From the IMG/VR virus record IMGVR_UViG_3300025018_003789: a stretch of DNA of 20,000 nt; one strand, written 5' to 3'. Below the pieces are notes generated by a model. That model saw only the letters and a list, made by a program, of their open reading frames with translations, ran no database searches and had not been told where the DNA came from. Positions 18,101 through 20,000 of the stretch are shown here, piece by piece (within the stretch, counting starts at the first letter, position 1; the number at the start of each line of letters is the position of its first letter). Made by a program: the position numbers and the translations under genes. This DNA is from an uncultured virus (IMG/VR IMGVR_UViG_3300025018_003789) (Duplodnaviria; Heunggongvirae; Uroviricota; Caudoviricetes).

Positions 18101-18941
18101 TGTAGAAGATTTGAGGGAACTGTGTATTGGAATCGGAATGTGTCCAACAAATATATCAAAACAGATTTGTAGTTCTAATTTTTTGGAAGAATATATTGCA
18201 TTTTCTTTTTACTTAAATCCAAATGATACATCGAAACTTATTTTACTGCATGAAGAAAAAAATAAAAATCAAAGAAATACAATTTGTGAAAGGTCAAGAC
18301 TACAATCTTCTAAAGTAGGATATTTGGAATTTCCTGATGGTTTTTTTGGACAATACATTTGCTCAATAGAAATCTCAGAAGATGAAGAAGATGTTTTTGA
18401 TATAGAAGTAGAAAACGACAATCATAATTTTATTTGTGAAGGAATTGTTGTTCATAATTGTTGGGAAGAAGAACATAACGGCGAAAAGTTATGGGTGGTT
18501 AGAAAAGGCGCAACTCCTGCATTTCCTGGGCAAAAAGGATTTGTTGGTGGATCTATGGGCGATGACTCAGTTATTCTTGAGGGTGTTGAACATGAAGATT
18601 CAGCCAAAGGTCTTTATTCTACTGTTCATGGCGCTGGACGTGTCCTTGGAAGAATGCAAGCGAAAGGTAAGTTTAAGGCAATAAAAGATGCTTCCAATCA
18701 AAAGACTGGTGAGTATGAATGTGTTCGTGAACCTCTTGTGAAAAAAGAGGACATGAAAAAATGGATCGAAGAAAAAGGAGTCGAACTTCGTGGCGCTGAT
18801 GTCGATGAGTCTCCTCAGTGTTACAAGAGATTGAATGAAGTTTTAGACTATCATTCTAATACGATCAAAATCCTTCATACCTTAACACCTATTGGAGTGG
18901 CAATGGCAGGAAATGAAGTCAGAGACCCATATAAAGACTAG
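15193..18941 (+). CDS. rtcB: RtcB RNA ligase (about 415-aa extein) with two inteins; 1-nt frameshift at A5 17866-17870 inside intein 2
   Basis: MADGHMGYSMPIGGV, GVGFDIA|CG, QLGTVGSGNHY, HFGSRGLG, HNHHNF|CW, VRKGATPA, GGSMG, STVHGAGR, DESPQCYK. Confidence 0.93.
15397..16764 (+). mobile_element. intein 1 in RtcB (456 aa) with LAGLIDADG endonuclease
   Basis: Starts CIAEGTEI; block B LRLTEDH; LLGYLMGDG and FINGLLGAEAG; ends VYDI...HNFIANGIIVHN/C. Confidence 0.93.
16801..16836 (+). repeat. 12-bp tandem repeat x3 (KDIK)
   Basis: AAAGACATCAAA AAAGACATCAAA AAAGACATTAAA. Confidence 0.85.
17326..18458 (+). mobile_element. intein 2 in RtcB (about 378 aa) with LAGLIDADG endonuclease, frameshifted
   Basis: Starts CIPATEKI; IRCSGDHP; LLGAFIGDG; after the shift FLSGYVDADG; ends VFDIEV...HNFICEGIVVHN/C. 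Span is 1133 nt, one short of a multiple of 3. Confidence 0.9.
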
Positions 18942-18964
18942 TAGATTGATCTTGGTCTAATTCC

Positions 18965-18993
18965 TTGACAATCAAATTCTGGTCTTGTAACTT
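18965..18993 (+). promoter_or_regulatory. sigma70-like promoter
   Basis: TTGACA, 17-nt spacer, TAACTT, intergenic after rtcB. Confidence 0.55.
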
Positions 18994-19016
18994 ACTAAAT
19001 CTTGATTCGATAGGAA

Positions 19017-19352
19017 TTGCTTATGTTTAAAAAATCAAATCCTTTAAATGGTGTTTTTACTATAAAAAATAAAATCAGTTTCATTCTGAGATGTTTGATT
19101 GCTATACTTTTAGTTGCTTCTATTGGATTCCTAACTTCTTGTAGAGACAAGCAGTCTGAATATCAGGTCATTGTGAAATATGAAGCAGAAAAAGTATTTT
19201 ACTTCACAAATTAAAAAGATGTCGATTATTTCATAAGAAGTAAAATATCAAACGACTTTGTGAAACAAAACAATTCTTTGACAGTAAGGAATTTAAATGT
19301 TTTACAAACCACGGTGATTGAACCTTTAGTATTAGAAAAGTTTGAGAACTAA
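19017..19352 (+). pseudogene. putative lipoprotein/membrane protein with in-frame TAA at 19212
   Basis: Hydrophobic LIAILLVASIGFLTS-C lipobox; the frame stays open 45 codons past the TAA to 19352. Confidence 0.45.
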
Positions 19353-19373
19353 ACCTCTTGATTGGAAAAGAAA

Positions 19374-19586
19374 ATGGATGATTTAATCAAAGCACTTCAA
19401 ATCTTTAGAAAATATGGAAATCCAGAATATCCAACTCATTGTGAGCATGATGTTTTGACTATTTGTGGAATTAACCCAGATGACGTTTCAGAAGAAGACA
19501 AAAAAGATCTGGAAGGATTAGGCTTCACGGTAGGTTCCCCTCACGGTTAACTTACATTTTATTCTTATAGATTTGGAAGTGCATGA
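19374..19586 (+). pseudogene. small phage hypothetical protein with in-frame TAA at 19548
   Basis: MDDLIKALQIFRKYGNPEYPTHCEHDVL...LGF...G*LTFYSYRFGSA; the tail ends in a TGA directly abutting the next ATG (19587). Confidence 0.55.
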
Positions 19587-20000
19587 ATGAAAAACGAACA
19601 GCTTGATCCCGGAACCTTTGGAAGTTCTAAAGCCGCAAAAGTCCTAGCAAGAATTCTATCAGAAAAACCAAAGGCTTTTCGGAAGAAAGTTTTGCGACTT
19701 TTAAATAGAGTGGATGAACTTATTTATTTTCTACTTTATTCAAATGGTGGAACAAAGGAAAGGGCCTTTTTTTTATCTCTCCTTAAGAGGGAAGTAGAAG
19801 AAAGGGCTGAAAAGATTTGTAAAGAAGAACCTGACTGCTTGTCTTATGTGAAAAATGTCATTCATACAAAAATGGTGGGTCATACGAAACTCTATCAGGA
19901 ACGAAGAAGAGAAGAAATCAAGAAGAAAAGAAAAGAAGACAGAGAAAGAGAAGAAATTAAAGAGAATGAAAATAAAAAAACATTAAATTCTGGCCAATAG
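19587..20000 (+). CDS. hypothetical protein with charged coiled-coil C-terminus
   Basis: 137-aa ORF ending with TAG at the window edge. Confidence 0.6.
   Translation: MKNEQLDPGTFGSSKAAKVLARILSEKPKAFRKKVLRLLNRVDELIYFLLYSNGGTKERAFFLSLLKREVEERAEKICKEEPDCLSYVKNVIHTKMVGHTKLYQERRREEIKKKRKEDREREEIKENENKKTLNSGQ

Noticed and set aside
341..18684. Short antisense or alternative-frame ORFs in the track (e.g. 341-628, 3493-3762, 7016-7237, 10968-11189, 15160-15471, 18436-18684)
   Set aside because: They overlap well-supported genes and show no motifs or ribosome sites.
8341..18988. Shared GGTCTTGT in both promoter spacers, and TAGAAT-like words before several genes, as regulatory motifs
   Set aside because: Only two copies at different offsets, and AT-rich words are expected by chance; needs genome-wide motif analysis.
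1..20000. CRISPR array, tRNA or rRNA genes
   Set aside because: No regularly spaced nucleotide repeats or cloverleaf/rRNA signatures seen; the WYK repeats are conserved at protein level only.
1..20000. Genome-wide TGA=Trp/Gly or TAG recoding
   Set aside because: TGA and TAG end genes at sensible coupled positions, long genes (pyrG, cca, rtcB) have no internal TGA/TAG, and premature stops include TAA.

Overview
AT-rich, gene-dense DNA, almost all coded on the + strand. It looks like part of a large (jumbo-type) bacteriophage genome: sigma70-like promoters, AGGAG ribosome sites, phage-type hypotheticals, intein-laden genes. Recognisable genes are a beta-class DNA methyltransferase, CTP synthase (pyrG), a disrupted phage Dam-like methyltransferase, a class II CCA-adding enzyme and an RtcB RNA ligase with two LAGLIDADG inteins. 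Two things stand out. (1) 3359-8303 is a string of modules (DUF5661-like, ART-like, three GNATs, CCA/HD enzyme), each bounded by a recurring W-Y-[K/R]-x-S peptide, suggesting a virion-packaged, processed effector polyprotein. (2) Two related IS607-like elements sit at GG dinucleotides inside genes whose frames are restored on excision. One is a 253-bp element holding only an omegaRNA-like scaffold; in the other the tnpB core is replaced by a GIY-YIG homing endonuclease. Several genes carry single in-frame stops or 1-nt homopolymer frameshifts, so sequencing error or decay must be excluded. All family calls come from motif reading, not searches.
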